From Entomortierella parvispora E1425 (Eukaryota; Fungi; Mortierellomycota): 64,000 bases of DNA. A program made the position numbers and the translations under genes. Within the stretch, counting starts at the first letter, position 1; every line of letters starts with the position of its first letter. Shown piece after piece: positions 1 through 12,907 of the stretch. The notes under the pieces are model-generated. The model was not told where the DNA came from, searched no databases, and saw only the letters and a list, made by a program, of their open reading frames with translations. Location of the stretch: positions 868,001-932,000 of the forward strand of contig BQFW01000013.1 of the NCBI GenBank assembly GCA_020891255.1. The letters are read 5' to 3'.

Positions 1-1197
1 CTACAGCGTCAGGGAAGCAAGAAAACAGTAAACAATCAGTAAATAAACGTTACAGATCATCGGTCAGTCATTTGCTTCCATCAATCACCCAGGGCTTTTG
101 CGTTCCCCCCCTGAGAATTGATTTTTGTTGTTCCTTACAGCGGTGGAGAGACGACTCGCGAGGTTCATTTCCAAGTTTCCTTTCAAGTTCAGAAGGATGG
201 GTATCAGGATAATGAGCTCTGAAATCTCGATGAACACTGGCCAATGCTGTCATATCATAAATAAAGGAAACGAATTGGGTCAGCTCTCTTTTACAATTCT
301 AAGCAGCCATACACATCGTTGTTCCAGATGCAATTGCACGAGATAATCGAGCCCTACCTGAACTTCATCTAACAGCCAGCCTGCACAAATCAATCCACTG
401 ACAGCGATCACAAGGGTCGTCGATGCCTATCATGACAAGTGTCCAACGGAGAAAAGTTTAGCGAAAAAGAGTCTCTTCTCGAGCCCAGTCCCTGTGAGAG
501 CCGAGTCTTTTTCCTTTTTTCTTCATTTCTTGAGTTTGAGCGCTTAATCCAATCCAATTCCTTGGAGAAGCTCCCCTCGTGCCTGTTCGTGTCACAAAAA
601 TAACACAAACGACGATTGTTTACGTCGCTCCCTCTGAAGAGAGAATTCACTCACCTGCATCCACAGACCCTTCTCCGAACTGTCGTCCGTGCCTACAGCA
701 TCCGAGCTACCGCCCATAATCTGGCCACGTTCCTCGTCCTCAAAGTGATAACTATCCCTGTCATGGCCCGGTTCTGAATATTCAAAGCTCTCGGGTCGAC
801 CCTTCTTGAGCGGGTAGGAAGAATCTGGGTCATGAACCGACTCGCCGTCGTGGACAGAGACGATGGTGCTCTGACTGTCGCTGGCTGGATCGGACGCGGG
901 ATGAACAAAGCCATCGGCATGATGATCAAATTCCTGGTCGTCCGAGTCACTGTCGCCACCGAGGGTATGTTGAGTAGGCTGGTGGTTCATGGAAAAGGAG
1001 GTGGTTCGTGTCCTCTGTCGGTTGTTTTGGGATTGCTGACGGGAAGAGTGTGGTGAGGAAGACGGCGGATGACTACTAGAGTCTGGATCGAGGTCGTCTT
1101 CGTCCTGCGTTAGGTCTTGGGAGTGACGAGAGTTTAAAAGAGGGGTGTAAGATGCCTGGGCAAAGGAAGGCCCCGCGGAGGAGAGTAACCTTGACAT
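1..1197 (-). CDS. SLC41/MgtE-family divalent cation (Mg2+) transporter, 5' part; gene continues off the left edge
   Basis: Exons 1197-655, 426-358 and 246-139 are joined by GT-AG introns in phase 0, and the third intron ends exactly at base 1. The spliced product has an acidic disordered N-terminus, then [59 protein letters not shown]. This matches the SLC41 signature P-x-LLGLKGNLEMTLASRLST. Confidence 0.85.
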
Positions 1198-2027
1198 GAC
1201 TAGGCTAGTGTTTCTGGGTGGATGTTTGTGAGCGAGGAGAGACTGGGTATCGGACAGATAGACAGGATAGAGATGCGAGATAAGAGTACAAGCAAGAAAG
1301 ATGGAAAAGAAGAGAGAGCTAGTTTCAGGCTATAGAAGTCTTGTATTGTGTGAAGGGAGCAAGGAGGAGAGGGAGGAGTGGGGTGCAAGAGAAGGAAAGA
1401 AGGAAGGAGATGCGATGGGTAATGAGGTCAGTTGTGCAAGGAGATAGTAGAGAGGAGAGTGAAAAGGGAGGGGACAAGAGGAGAAAAGAAGGGAGAAAAC
1501 ACACAGAGAGAAGGGCTGAGAGGAGGGAAAGAACAAAAAAGAGAAAGAGAAGCAGCGATGGATGCAGATGGATGCAGATGAGGGGTGAAGTGGAGTGAGA
1601 GAACAAGGGAGCAAGTACAAATGAACACAAGGGATGGTCTCCGTTTCTTGTGCATGCAATGCAGCAACGCAGCCGCCAGAGGGTATGCAGATGAGCGGAG
1701 AGCAGCAGTGAGGCGGGCAAAAAAAAAAGACAGAAGGATCGACATTAAGGGTGTATTCCCATGGCTTATCACGTGATCTTCATTTTGCAGCACAGATCGA
1801 GCCATGGCCACTGCAGCCAATCACCGCGCTTCACTCGACGGGATCTGCCCTGGATCAAGCTCTCTTGTTGTTGTGTGTGTTGTGGGTGCTATCTTGAGAA
1901 CGAACAGACAATCACCCCACTTTCAAGACTGTGCCATTTCTCATCTCTTTTGTTTCTTTTCATCTATTTTCTCATCCTCATCTTCTCCTTCTCATCCCTC
2001 CCTTCATCCCTCATTCATCCCTTCGCC

Positions 2028-3221
2028 ATGACCGTCTTTGAAGCAACCTGCACCGCTCCCGTCAACATCGCCGTGGTCAAGTACTGGGGCAAGCGCGATA
2101 CCTCCTTGATCCTCCCCACAAACTCGTCCCTCTCCGTCACCCTCAACCAGGACCAGCTCCACTCAAAGACCACCATCCGCGCCTCGGCCGATTTCACCTC
2201 GGACCGTCTCTGGCTCAACGGCATTGAAGAGTCCATCCCCTCCAACAACCGTTTGGTCGCCTGCTTGCGCGAGACCCGTGCTCTCCGCACAGAGATGGAG
2301 GCCAAGGACAGTGCCCTCCCCAAGCTCGCCCAGCTCAACATCCACATCTGCTCCGAGAACAACTTTCCCACGGCCGCCGGTCTCGCCTCCTCGGCCTCTG
2401 GTTACGCTTGCCTCGTCTATACCCTCTCCCAGCTCTTCCAGCTGCCCCTGGACCACTCGGATCTTTCCATCGTTGCCCGCCAGGGATCGGGATCTGCCTG
2501 CAGGAGCTTGTTTGGTGGCTTTGTGGCCTGGGACATGGGCGAGAAGGCTGACGGATCTGACAGCAAGGCTGTCTTGATCGAGGATGAGAAGCACTGGCCT
2601 GATTTGCAGGCTTTGATCTGCGTCGTCAGCGATGCCAAGAAGGGTACTTCCTCCACCGCCGGCATGCAGTTGACCGTCAAGACCTCGCCCTTGTTGCAGC
2701 ACCGTATCAAGGATGTGGTCCCCAAGCGCATGGAGGACATGATCGCCGCCATCAAGGAGAAGGACTTCCCCCGCTTTGCTGAGTTGACCATGCGTGATTC
2801 CAACCAGTTCCACGCCGTCTGCTTGGATACTTACCCTCCCATCTTTTACATGAACGACATCTCGCGCTCCATCATCCGCATCATCACCGAGTACAACAAG
2901 GATGGCGTCAAGGCCGCTTACACTTTTGATGCCGGTCCAAATGCTGTCATTTACGCCCCCAAGGAGAACATGGCCGAGATCTACGCTATCTTGTCCCACT
3001 ACTTCCCTGGACATGTCTTTGACGACTCTTTGTCCTTGTTGAAGGACGGCGCTTCGGTCGCGGCCTTGCCCGAGAACTTTGATACCCGGATATCGACTGT
3101 CTTTGCCGAGGGCAGCGTCAAGCAGATCCTCCACACCGAGGTCGGTGACGGTCCCCGTGTCCTCGCCAGCCAGGAGCATGGACTCTTGAACGCTGAGGGT
3201 CTCCCCAAGCGTCTTGCTTAA
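2028..3221 (+). CDS. MVD1: Diphosphomevalonate decarboxylase (GHMP kinase fold), intronless, 397 aa
   Basis: True start taken as MTVFEATCTAPVNIAVVKYWGKRD at 2028. Motifs include NNFPTAAGLASSASGYA, ARQGSGSACRSLFGGF, DSNQFHAVCLDTYPPIFY and AYTFDAGPNAV. Strong C-ending codon bias. Confidence 0.97.
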   Translation: MTVFEATCTAPVNIAVVKYWGKRDTSLILPTNSSLSVTLNQDQLHSKTTIRASADFTSDRLWLNGIEESIPSNNRLVACLRETRALRTEMEAKDSALPKLAQLNIHICSENNFPTAAGLASSASGYACLVYTLSQLFQLPLDHSDLSIVARQGSGSACRSLFGGFVAWDMGEKADGSDSKAVLIEDEKHWPDLQALICVVSDAKKGTSSTAGMQLTVKTSPLLQHRIKDVVPKRMEDMIAAIKEKDFPRFAELTMRDSNQFHAVCLDTYPPIFYMNDISRSIIRIITEYNKDGVKAAYTFDAGPNAVIYAPKENMAEIYAILSHYFPGHVFDDSLSLLKDGASVAALPENFDTRISTVFAEGSVKQILHTEVGDGPRVLASQEHGLLNAEGLPKRLA

Positions 3222-5102
3222 GAAGGAAATAGGATACCCTTTTTTTTTCTTCTTTTCACCTCTCCCCTTCTTATCGCTATCTGTAATTTTCTTGCCATAT
3301 TTCTTTACAAGTCATTCCACTCTTCATTCCCTGCCATTCAAGAAAAAATGTTTAAACATTAAAGAGTGATATCACTTTTTTTGCAATTCGCTGCTTTTGC
3401 TTTCAAAGAGAGAAAAAAAGAAAGAGAAAGATCAAAGTCTTTGGCTCAAATGGTTCTTTTTTTTTGGTTTCGCTGTTTTGTCGACTCTTATCGCCTCTCA
3501 TCTATTTGGGTTCAAAAACAGAAGGAACCAAAAAATTGCAAGTGGAGAAACGTGCGGCAGTCGGTTGGTGGCGATAAAAAGACCTTGACAGGCCATATTT
3601 CACTTTGACTTTTTTTTCATTTGTGTTTTTTCGGTCCCAAAAAGATTCAATTGAAGATCAGGAGAGAGAGAGAGAGAGTTGCAGGATGAATTGAGCGCGG
3701 AAACTTTTAATAGTGGTATGCTAGTTATGAGGACAGGGGTAAAAAAAAAAGAAAAAAGAGAGATAGAGAGAGAGAGACGCATTGACAACGCTGTACAAGA
3801 TGTGATGGATAAAAATAACGGATATGCAAAAGGATGTGAGATGAGAGGATGGGGATGTGGTGGGATATATGATTGATACAAACAACAAAACAGGAAACCA
3901 AAGAAGAAGGGGCGGCAAACGTGAGGAGAGAAGAAAGAAGGACGAAAAAAGAAAGAAAAAGAAAGAAAAAAGAGATGTTTTTCTTTTGATCCTCGCGTCT
4001 GGTCTGGACCAAGCAAGGACAAAGAACGAGAGGGAGGAGGCTGATTCCATCTCTGAGCATCGCGTCTTGCGTTATTTTTTTTTTTTTTTTTGCTTGTTTT
4101 TTTTTTTTTTGCTTTTTTGAATCAGATGAACGCAGAAGAACAAGAGACAAGATATGCAAAAGGATGAAGGATGAATAGAAAAAAGGGACATGAACACAGG
4201 ACAAAGAAGCAGAAGAAGGGAGATAAGCACTTGATAGGCGATCCAACCGCAGACTAACGAGCGAATGAACGGGATCCATGCAACGCAAGAGGGTCATCCA
4301 CGCGTCCGTGCCTTTTTTTTTTTTTTTTTTTTTTTTGCACAGGAGTCGAGGGTCGAGGACCGTGGATCGTGGGGCACGGTGGGCCCTTTGTGCTTGATCT
4401 TTGATGACAACATGCATGCAAAGCAAGGCGGCTTCTTTGTTTCCTCCGACGGAGCATGGGGCTACACACAGCACGCGCACAAAGCTGCACGAAAGGGACC
4501 AGCCCAATTCACCTCTCCTTCCTTCCTTTTCGTCCATCCAGGCTCTTTAGCGCCATTTGGTCCTCTCTCCCTAGACCCGCTGACGTCGCTTCTAGTTGTC
4601 GTTCCTGCCGGTCAAAAAGAAGCGCGTTTGAGGGAAATATAGAGAGAGAGAGAGACTAAAGCAAGGACACTGATGATGACTTCCGGGCAATCGAGTAGAA
4701 ACAAACGATGAACAAGGTATCGGGTCCGACCTTCTTAGGCCACCTTGCGCCGATCCTTCTCGTAGTCGAAATGTCTCGTGGCAGTAGAGACGGGTGGTGT
4801 TGGCTGTGGGCGGTTGGATAGTTGTTTGTCGTTCCCTTAGACGCGTCGATCGGTTGCCCCCGTCTCGTCTCCCCTTGGGCGTCATGGTTGTTTGTTATTT
4901 TTGGGCCTGTTGTTTGAAATGGGGGGTGGGGGGGGAATATAAAACGGTGTTGTTGTTGATGATGATGATGATGTGCGTGGTGTTGTTTTGTTGTTTGTTG
5001 GTACAAGAGAGAAAGAAAAAAAGATAGTGGTTGCGCAAGCAAAGCAAAGCAAAAGAAAAGAAAAGAAACGGACGACAGAGAAGAAGGGGTTATTTCTCAT
5101 TC

Positions 5103-5699
5103 TCATTCGCTGAGCTTGGACTCAATGTCTCTGATCCTCGTCTTTGCCCGCAGAATGTAGTCGTTCAGACGCTTCTTTGTCTCCTCGGCCTCGGCCTTGT
5201 CCCGGAGGACCTGGGAGAGTTTTAAGCCCAGGTCGACATGTTCTTGCTCCAAGCGATGCAAATCCCGCTCGTGAGCATCCACGACTTCAATGAGAATCTC
5301 GTGTTGTTGTTGATGCATGTGGTTGTTCAATGGGGACGAGGGGGAAGGTGGCGAGGAGGCGTTGGAGGTGGTGGCAGAAGAGACCATGGAGGCCGAGGAC
5401 GAGCCGGTGGAGGTGATGCCCTTGGCCCTGAGCAGGGCCTGTTTCGCTACTGCGACCTGGGCATGGGTGGTGAGGACTAGCTCCTGATAGGCGGGGATCG
5501 ACGCATGGGCGACATTGTACGCGTTCTGCGACTCTGCAGAGCTCTTTCGGATCTGGTCCAATTCCTCCTGGAGCTGTGCCCGTCCCTCGGCCGAGAGGGG
5601 GCCCGAGGGGATCGGTGTAAACAGCAATGTAAGGTCCAGGGTGGTGATTGAAGATGCGGGTGAGGGAAGGCTGTTGTTGGTGAATGTGGTGGCCGTCAT
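5103..5699 (-). CDS. Hypothetical coiled-coil protein, about 198 aa
   Basis: ATG at 5699 (MTATTFTNNSLP) follows a CT-rich leader. Heptad-like helical segments (RAQLQEELDQIRK; LHRLEQEHVDLGLKLSQVLRDKAEAEETKKRL) flank an S/P-rich linker. No family recognised. Confidence 0.65.
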   Translation of the reverse strand: MTATTFTNNSLPSPASSITTLDLTLLFTPIPSGPLSAEGRAQLQEELDQIRKSSAESQNAYNVAHASIPAYQELVLTTHAQVAVAKQALLRAKGITSTGSSSASMVSSATTSNASSPPSPSSPLNNHMHQQQHEILIEVVDAHERDLHRLEQEHVDLGLKLSQVLRDKAEAEETKKRLNDYILRAKTRIRDIESKLSE

Positions 5700-6125
5700 G
5701 ATGTTGTCTAGAGCTAACGTTTTTTTTTTTGACGAAAGACAGAGGAAGAGGGGGTTGAGTGATTTGTTTGTAAACCGAAAGGTGAGAGAGAGAGAGAGGA
5801 AGGAGAGAGGAAGAGAGAGGAAGAGAGGAAGAGGGGGGAGGAGAAGGAGAGAGAGAGAGAGAAAGAGAAGAGAAGGAAAGACAGAAGATAGAACAAATAA
5901 ACAGTAAGACAAAAGAGTAAAGAACGAATGTGGTTGTTCGAATGGTGTGGGGTAAAACACAAAGGTGCTCGGAGATCCACTAGTTCAAAGACAAAACAGG
6001 TACACGCACACACCACCGCACTCACAGGAAACACTGGCTGTTGGCAGTGTCGAGAAGAAAAGGGATGGGAAGGAGAGGACGGGAAGGAGTGAGAAAGGAG
6101 GGTTGACGTTATCAAAAGGAGATAA

Positions 6126-6133
<8 letters not shown>

Positions 6134-6188
<55 letters not shown>
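6134..6188. repeat. (GA)n microsatellite
   Basis: Uninterrupted GA dinucleotide run of about 27 units, embedded in a purine-rich tract from about 5780 to 6340. Confidence 0.95.
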
Positions 6189-6192
<4 letters not shown>

Positions 6193-6502
6193 AAGAGAGA
6201 AATGGAAAAGGGAAGAGAGGGAGGAAAGGGAAAGGAAAGAAGGAAGGAAGGAAGGAAGGGAAGGGAAGAAAGAAAAAGTAGGAGGGAAGGGAAGAAGCAA
6301 AGATTATAAAAAAAAAAAATAAGAAAAAAAAAGAAAAGGTAAACAACCAGGGTTGCGGGTTGGGCAGAGCAATTATTGTTTGATTACCCTGTTGTGTTGT
6401 TGCTGAGAACACAGGAAGGGGGTGGGGATGAAGGTGGGACAAGGAGGAAGACGAACGAACAGAGGAAGGAGCAGCAGCAGGATAAGAAGAGCAGAGCAAC
6501 AA

Positions 6503-6503
<1 letters not shown>

Positions 6504-6534
<31 letters not shown>

Positions 6535-6640
6535 GGGGCGGATTGGATTGGAAGTCGAAGGAGTGAGTGTTGATGATTGAATCAAACATAAAAAAAGAAC
6601 CTTGGACGCGATGCTCCTGCAGCAGCAGCAGCAGCAGCAA
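6504..6640. repeat. (ACA)n and (GCA)n trinucleotide microsatellites
   Basis: caacaacaac... at about 6504-6534 and gcagcagcag... at about 6616-6640, both in non-coding sequence. Confidence 0.9.
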
Positions 6641-9600
6641 CAAGTGCGAAGCAGTTCTGTCTGCACGTCCGTTCCAAGGGAGCAAAGGGCGGGGCGTTGT
6701 TTTCCGAGAGAGTGGGCGAAGGGTAAAAAAAAATTGTTTCGGTGGCAGACAGAGATCGAATAAAGCGCGGGGTCCCTTTCCCACCTGTGGACAACCGGAC
6801 CAAAGAGGGAAGAGTAAAACGGTTTTGAAGACCGTGGATTGGAACAGAGCAGGGTCCCTGCACTCCGCCCGAGATGAATTCCTCTCTTCTCGATCGTCGA
6901 TTGGAACGAGTCCCTGTTCTGGGTGTGAATCCAAAATGGCAAATGGGGTCCACATTCTCCCCTGCCCGTTCTTGTTTTTTTTTCTCTCTCTCTCTCTGTC
7001 CACTTCACTCTCAGTTCCCCCGTTATCGCTTTGTTTGTGTTCTGTGCAGAGGCTGAGTTCCCATGTGAATTTCAAAACTTACCAACTGGACTTGTTGAGG
7101 ACATGAGATGGGGCGCGAAGGACTACCTTTTAAGATTTGATCGCTGGCGTATCGGTCAAATCTGCAGAGACGGGGGAGGGAGACGTGCAAGAATTCGACA
7201 CGGGAGGGTGGAGTTAGAGGGGAACAAGGGGATTGAAAATGAGATCGAGAAGGGGGATCGTCAGTCAGCTGGATAGGAATGTAGGAGAAAAAAAAGTTTG
7301 AGAGAAAAGAGATGGGAAGAAGAGAAATAGAAAAGGAGAGAGATTCTTGTTCTTTTTACTTGCTGCCCTCCCCCTGCCCCTGCGGAAAAAAAGAGGTTCC
7401 CTGCCCTCCACTTATCTCAATCTGCCCCTTGGCCTCTCCTTGGGTACATTATTGTGGACCAGTCCAGGACGACTACATTTGGAGCTTGTGTATCTTTCTT
7501 TTTCTTTTTTATGGAGCTGGAGTGCATAGGGGGGAAGGGGGCAGCGGGTACAAACAAACGCTCGGCATGTCCCCACAGCCATTCCGTGCGACAAACAGAG
7601 TGGAGAGAATCTCTCATTGCATTCAGCCTGAACGACACGGGCACTGTAAATGCCGGTGGTACAAGAGGTCAACATTGAAATTGTCGCCATTCGCAATTAT
7701 GGTACAAGAGAATGAGCGAAAAAAAAAGTCAAAGAGAGGGAGGAAAAGAAGAAAGAACGGGACGGGATGTTCACTGGGGTCAATTGAGGGTATGTGAGCG
7801 CTCGAGGGACTAAGGTAATGACCAATATATCCATCAATAATTACCGAAACAAACCTCTCTCTCTCTTTCTTTCCTTCTCTTCTTGAACACTCAAAAAAGT
7901 CGGTGACCAACACCGTCCTCTAACCGAAAATGCAATGATTGGAAAGAGATTTTTCGTCTTTGGGTCTGAAAGAAGCAAATGAAGAATCAAAGAGCCCTAC
8001 ACCATCCTCACGATAATTAGCGTGCAACCAATCTGGGACGGGTCAACGTCTGGGGTAAAAAAATGGGCGACGAAGGAAAAGGAGAAAGGCAAAGCAACAG
8101 CGTCTGTCACTCATTGGTGCGCGTGCGTGTGCACAAGTCTGTTTTACGTGGATGTGCGCTGCTGCTGCGTCTAGAGCAAAGAAGGGTGGAAAACGAAAGA
8201 GCCAAACAAAACGAGAACGAATGGTTGATGTGCATGTGGAAAGGCAAGGATGGTTTGCATTTAGCTAGCTTCGCTGCAGGATCCAACCTTGCTGCAAATG
8301 GAACAAACTCTCAGGGGAACGGCTCGTTCCTGCAGAGTCTGCAGGGCCACCCAAAATCGTTCCTGGATTTCCTTTTCCGAGGTGTTTGAAAAAAGGGTCC
8401 AAAAAAAATCAAATCAAAGAAACAAAGCAAGCTTGAATGTGGCACTACTGTACAAGCCACGGTTCCCGCAACCTTGACTCCCTCTGGCTCTTCACTTACT
8501 CTCTCTTTGTCTCTCTCTTCCTCTCTCTCTTTGTCGATTGCTCACATTGCAATTGAAACTGACAGGCTGAGCACTGTAATTGAACTTCAATTAATTAATT
8601 TTCGCGCGCGATAGAAGAGTGGTGAACACAACGTGGCGAGAGAGCGGGAAGGAGGAACGAGAGCACAAAGAAATTCACCCCCTTAGAAGATTAGCCCCAA
8701 CACACCGCAATTTTTTTTTCATCGCCACTACACGCGATGAGGGATGAAGGCAAGGTGTGAAAAACGGGTGCGCCCATCTCGAACAGATGGGGTCGACATC
8801 TCCCGGGGCAGTAGAAATAACAAAAAAAAAAAAAAAAAAAAGGACGCTAGTGGGATCTTGGGATCTGGATCGAGAACCGAGAGGAAAAGGAACGGAGATT
8901 TTTTATATCTTCTCACTTGGAGAGAAAGAGAGAGAGAAAGAGAGAAAGAGAGGAGATACGGGGGGAGTGATGAAGGGGAGGGTCAATGCAGGACCCCGGA
9001 CCAAAACAAAATTTTCTATTTTCTTTTTGAACGCGTCGTCCATGCAAGAGGATTGAAAGGGCAAAAAAGTCTGACAGCATTGCATTTTCATCACCCGTTT
9101 CTCATTTGACTTGTCAGATGGTCTTTCTCTCTTTCCGCCCTCTCTCTCTTTCTTTTTCCCTCTCTTGTACCTCTTTCTTTCATTTGGCGCCATTCAAGGA
9201 AACTCGCACCTGTTTTTCCAGCTGCTGCTGCTGCCACCACTGCTTCTGCGCGTGGATACTCTAGGATTACCTTCTTTATCTCTCTCTCTCTCTTTCTCTT
9301 TCCCTCTGTTTCTCTCTCTCTCTTAATCTTGACCTTATCCTCTCCTTGACTCCCTGTCTTTCAAAGCTCATTGAATCCCAAACACCCGTCCCAAGCTGAC
9401 ACAACAAAATCGCTCCCGTTCTCTCTCCGATATATGAACTCGTAAGCAACAAATGATAAAAGGAGTTTTGGACTGTTCCTTACCTTTTTTTTTATGTTCC
9501 CTTGGCGTGGACACGTGAAGAATATCAAATATAAAAACGATTGAGAGGAAAGAAGGAACAGACCCCTGTCGCGGTTTCGGAGAAAAAGAAATAAAAAAAA

Positions 9601-12600
9601 ATAAAAAAAAAGTCGAGTCGGGTCACAGCGAATGCTCGGTGAAATTTGAAAAAAAAGATGCTGGAGAGAGCGATCGTAGATACGTTGGGGAAAGGGCCGA
9701 GTCGAGAGAACGTGAGTGTATGTAGGAGCCCAGTAAAATAAAGAATATGAGATGAGAGAGCGGGAGAGAGATAGAGAGAGCGGAGGAGAGAGAGAGACAG
9801 GGTTTGAAGAATAACAGATCGTTAGATGCAGGACAATCGCCTCTTTTGCATGAACGTACAAGGAATATGTTTAAACAACTGTTGAAGCGAGGGGAGAAGA
9901 AGAAAAGATGTGCTCTCAAAAAAAAAAAAAAAAAAAAAAAAGGCGAAAGAGAGGAAAGATATAAAAAAAATCGTTTCAAGTGCAAGCAAGAGGTAACTTG
10001 AAAAGAGAGAGAAAGAGAGAGAGAGAAGTGCAAGAGGGGACGGAGAAGGGAGCGGGAGAGGAATAGATAGACGTCGATCCTGTTTGAGCGAAAAGAGGGA
10101 AGGGGAAAAGGAGGAAAGAGGTGTGTGAGAGAGATTGAGAGTGAGAAAAAGAGACGGGAAGAGAGTATGTCTCTGTGTGTGTGTTTCCTTGAGGAGAGGC
10201 GGGAGAATGGATTTGTGTTGAATTGTGTATCTACCTTTGGTCTCGGAGTGTTTTACGCACCTATAGGATGCGGTCGCGCTTGTCTCTTGTTAGGCTGATG
10301 AGTTGAAAAGAAAAAGAGGATGGCGAGAAAGGAAGCTTGCAGTAATGAGAGGAACGTGGAAAGTGCGGCTGAATGGTTGAAAATGGTTGCTTTTTGGATG
10401 TTGTAGCTGATTGACAAAAAGGTCAAGGGCTGCAGGGAGACTGAAGGCGGGGCAAGGAGGAAACAACGAAGGTGGGGTGGAAAATCAGACAAAGGAAAAG
10501 TCGTTTTCGCCGACAGGTTTGGCCGCCCCTTTAAATGAAAAACCTGAGCCACGTCCTTTTGTCCTGTACCACAACAACATGATGAACACGCTGATACACA
10601 GCTCAACCATGGCACCACTCAAGGTTGCTTGCCCTGTTTCTCACAACAGCTTGTTCCGCCACATGGGAGGGTGGTAAGGCAAAGGGGGGCATTGAAATGA
10701 TTACGTTGGTATACCGACATTATCAATATTTGCCAAGGCGTCAATCCGTTGCAAGGATCAGATCGGGTTCTTCCAGCACTTTCCTTGCCTTTTTTTCTTT
10801 TCTTTGGTCAATCAACGAATAAAGTGGTCAAAGAACCAAGCTAAGGACCAGGGCAAAGGGGGAGGGAAGCGGAGTGGATAGCTCCATCGCAAATCAAGGT
10901 CAACGAAAAGACTCAAGTGCGATCTGTTTGGACCAACCAAGGCCCTAGGCAGTAATCTTGACCATTGCACAACAACAAGAAAAAGGGACCAATCACCGTC
11001 GATGCTCAGCCCGACATTCTTCTGCTCGCTTTTGTCGCTCGTGTATGCAATGCCTCTTTTCCGAGAGTGTTTGCCTTGCCTCCATTCAATAAAAAAAATC
11101 ATCACAATAGTCATCCATGGAACCGTGCCTTGTGTCTTCATCCCGCAGGTTTGGAGGACTGGACCTTTTTTTTCCTTCCGACGACTTCAAGACCGACATC
11201 AGTTGACGGAAAGACGGGTGTGTAGACTTGGTGGTAGGTGCGTTCAAGGGTGCCTGGTCGGAGGCTGAATATTGGTGTGGTCGCCTGAAAGAATCTTTTC
11301 AGAATACAGGAAAGCTCGCGTCATTCCCTTGAAAGGATCTTGGGGGGGGGGGGGAAGGAGGAATTACCGACGGCGTAGCCAAAGGCAGCTAGCTCCAATC
11401 TGTCTCTATTCGGACATGTCATTGGTTTCTTTGTTCTCGGTTGCCACATCCAACAACGATGTGATGGTGCTGCCCTGGGTGGGGAAGGGGGCAAGTATGT
11501 GCCGAAATCAGGCCGGGACATGATGAATGTCGATTCAGAATGGCAGAATGGTATTTTCCGAGCACTTGCCCATCTATCCCAATCATTCTCGATGGATGTC
11601 CGGAAGAAGAAGAGAGGGGGGGAACGATATCAGGGAAAGAAAAAGGGAGAAAGAAAAAAGTAAGATGGAGGTCGAGGGCAACCAAAAGAGAATGACAAAA
11701 AGGACTTTCTTTCGGATTTCGCTCGAGTAGATCTGTCTTCCTATTCCGAAGATGGGTCGCCCCTGATCACAGTTAACATCCTTACGATCTTTGTCATCCG
11801 CCAAAAACGAAAACGCGAAAATTCACTCAAAAGGCACTACAAACACTTGTTTTCTGATGATATCTCATTGTGTTTTTGTTGTTGTTTTGATATTTTGCAG
11901 TGGTTATTGTTCTTGATGTTATTGTTGCTGGTCTTTGATCTGTTTACCAACTTGCACGCATCCTTCCTGTGAGAAGAATCCATCAAGCCCGAGCGCACAG
12001 GCGGAGGAGTAGGATGGAGTGGAGTGAGCACACAAGAAATCAACAAAGCAGGAATTGGAAGCAGGCTACCATGACACCGCCTGCAGTCAGAGACGATCGG
12101 AAAGTTGTCTTTTTCGCGCGTTCGCACCATGGGACAATTCACGTGATACCAGAACAATTGATGGCAAGAGTCTGTGCGGGTGACGCGTGTTGGGGTAGTT
12201 CTCAAAGTCCTGTTGCCGTCCTTACCTTGTCTCACCAAGAGCTGAAAGTGCTTACGGTGGGGTGCATTGACAAATGCAGCAGCGTGGAGGTATATCAATC
12301 CTCTTCGCAACAGCAATGTGATCGGTCTCAAAAAATACAGTAGATTCCTAGTTCCGCCATTATACGATAGCGATGGACCAAAAGATCTGTGCTGCTCTCA
12401 CATAAACCTTCCAATTGCACCATAGCAGTCTTAGGCGAGTACCTAGGCCGTTGCCGTCGAGCCCAATACCTTCCTCAGGGATAGAGTTACGGCGTAAAGT
12501 TCCAATACAGCATTGAGACTCTCAAGAATCGCTACTCCGATGGGAGTCATCATGCACCATGCCCTAATACCCATGCTGTCGTTCACAGGCATTTTGCATT

Positions 12601-12907
12601 GCTCGTTTCAGTGAGGCGAAAAAAGAAGCAATAAAAAGTTGCATCCTCAGTATGGTTACAGAAAAAAAAAAAAAAAAAAAAGTCTACGTCACCCGTACGG
12701 GGTTCACGTGATTTTATCATTCTGCCGTTCTTTGGGCGATGCACTTTTTGTTTGCTTCCCATCCATCAACGCGCCTTTGCATCACGCTCCCTCGACTCAT
12801 CCAGGACAGGATTCGCCAGTGCGCCCCGATTGCCGATCTATTCACGTTTGCGCCGGGACAAAACACCAGGACAGGACAGGATAGGACCGGACTGGAAAGC
12901 ACACGGC

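Noticed and set aside
1761-2027. 89-codon N-terminal extension of MVD1 in the ORF track
   Set aside because: It translates a CT-rich 5' leader. Homologues begin at the position equivalent to Met at 2028.
2163-3179. Long antisense ORFs over conserved genes (also 36734-38554, 38579-39562, 41770-42597, 52641-53975, 58123-59232)
   Set aside because: These are shadow frames produced by strong codon bias of the real gene on the opposite strand, with no independent motifs.
5714-7075. Long ORFs rich in F/L/S or K/R/E (also 3600-4537, 9361-10033, 30282-31240, 47074-47808 5' part)
   Set aside because: These translate GA/CT microsatellite and homopolymer tracts that lack stop codons by composition.
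11969-12343. 124-aa plus-strand ORF upstream of the BIR gene
   Set aside because: No motif, no convincing start or splice context, and no codon bias.
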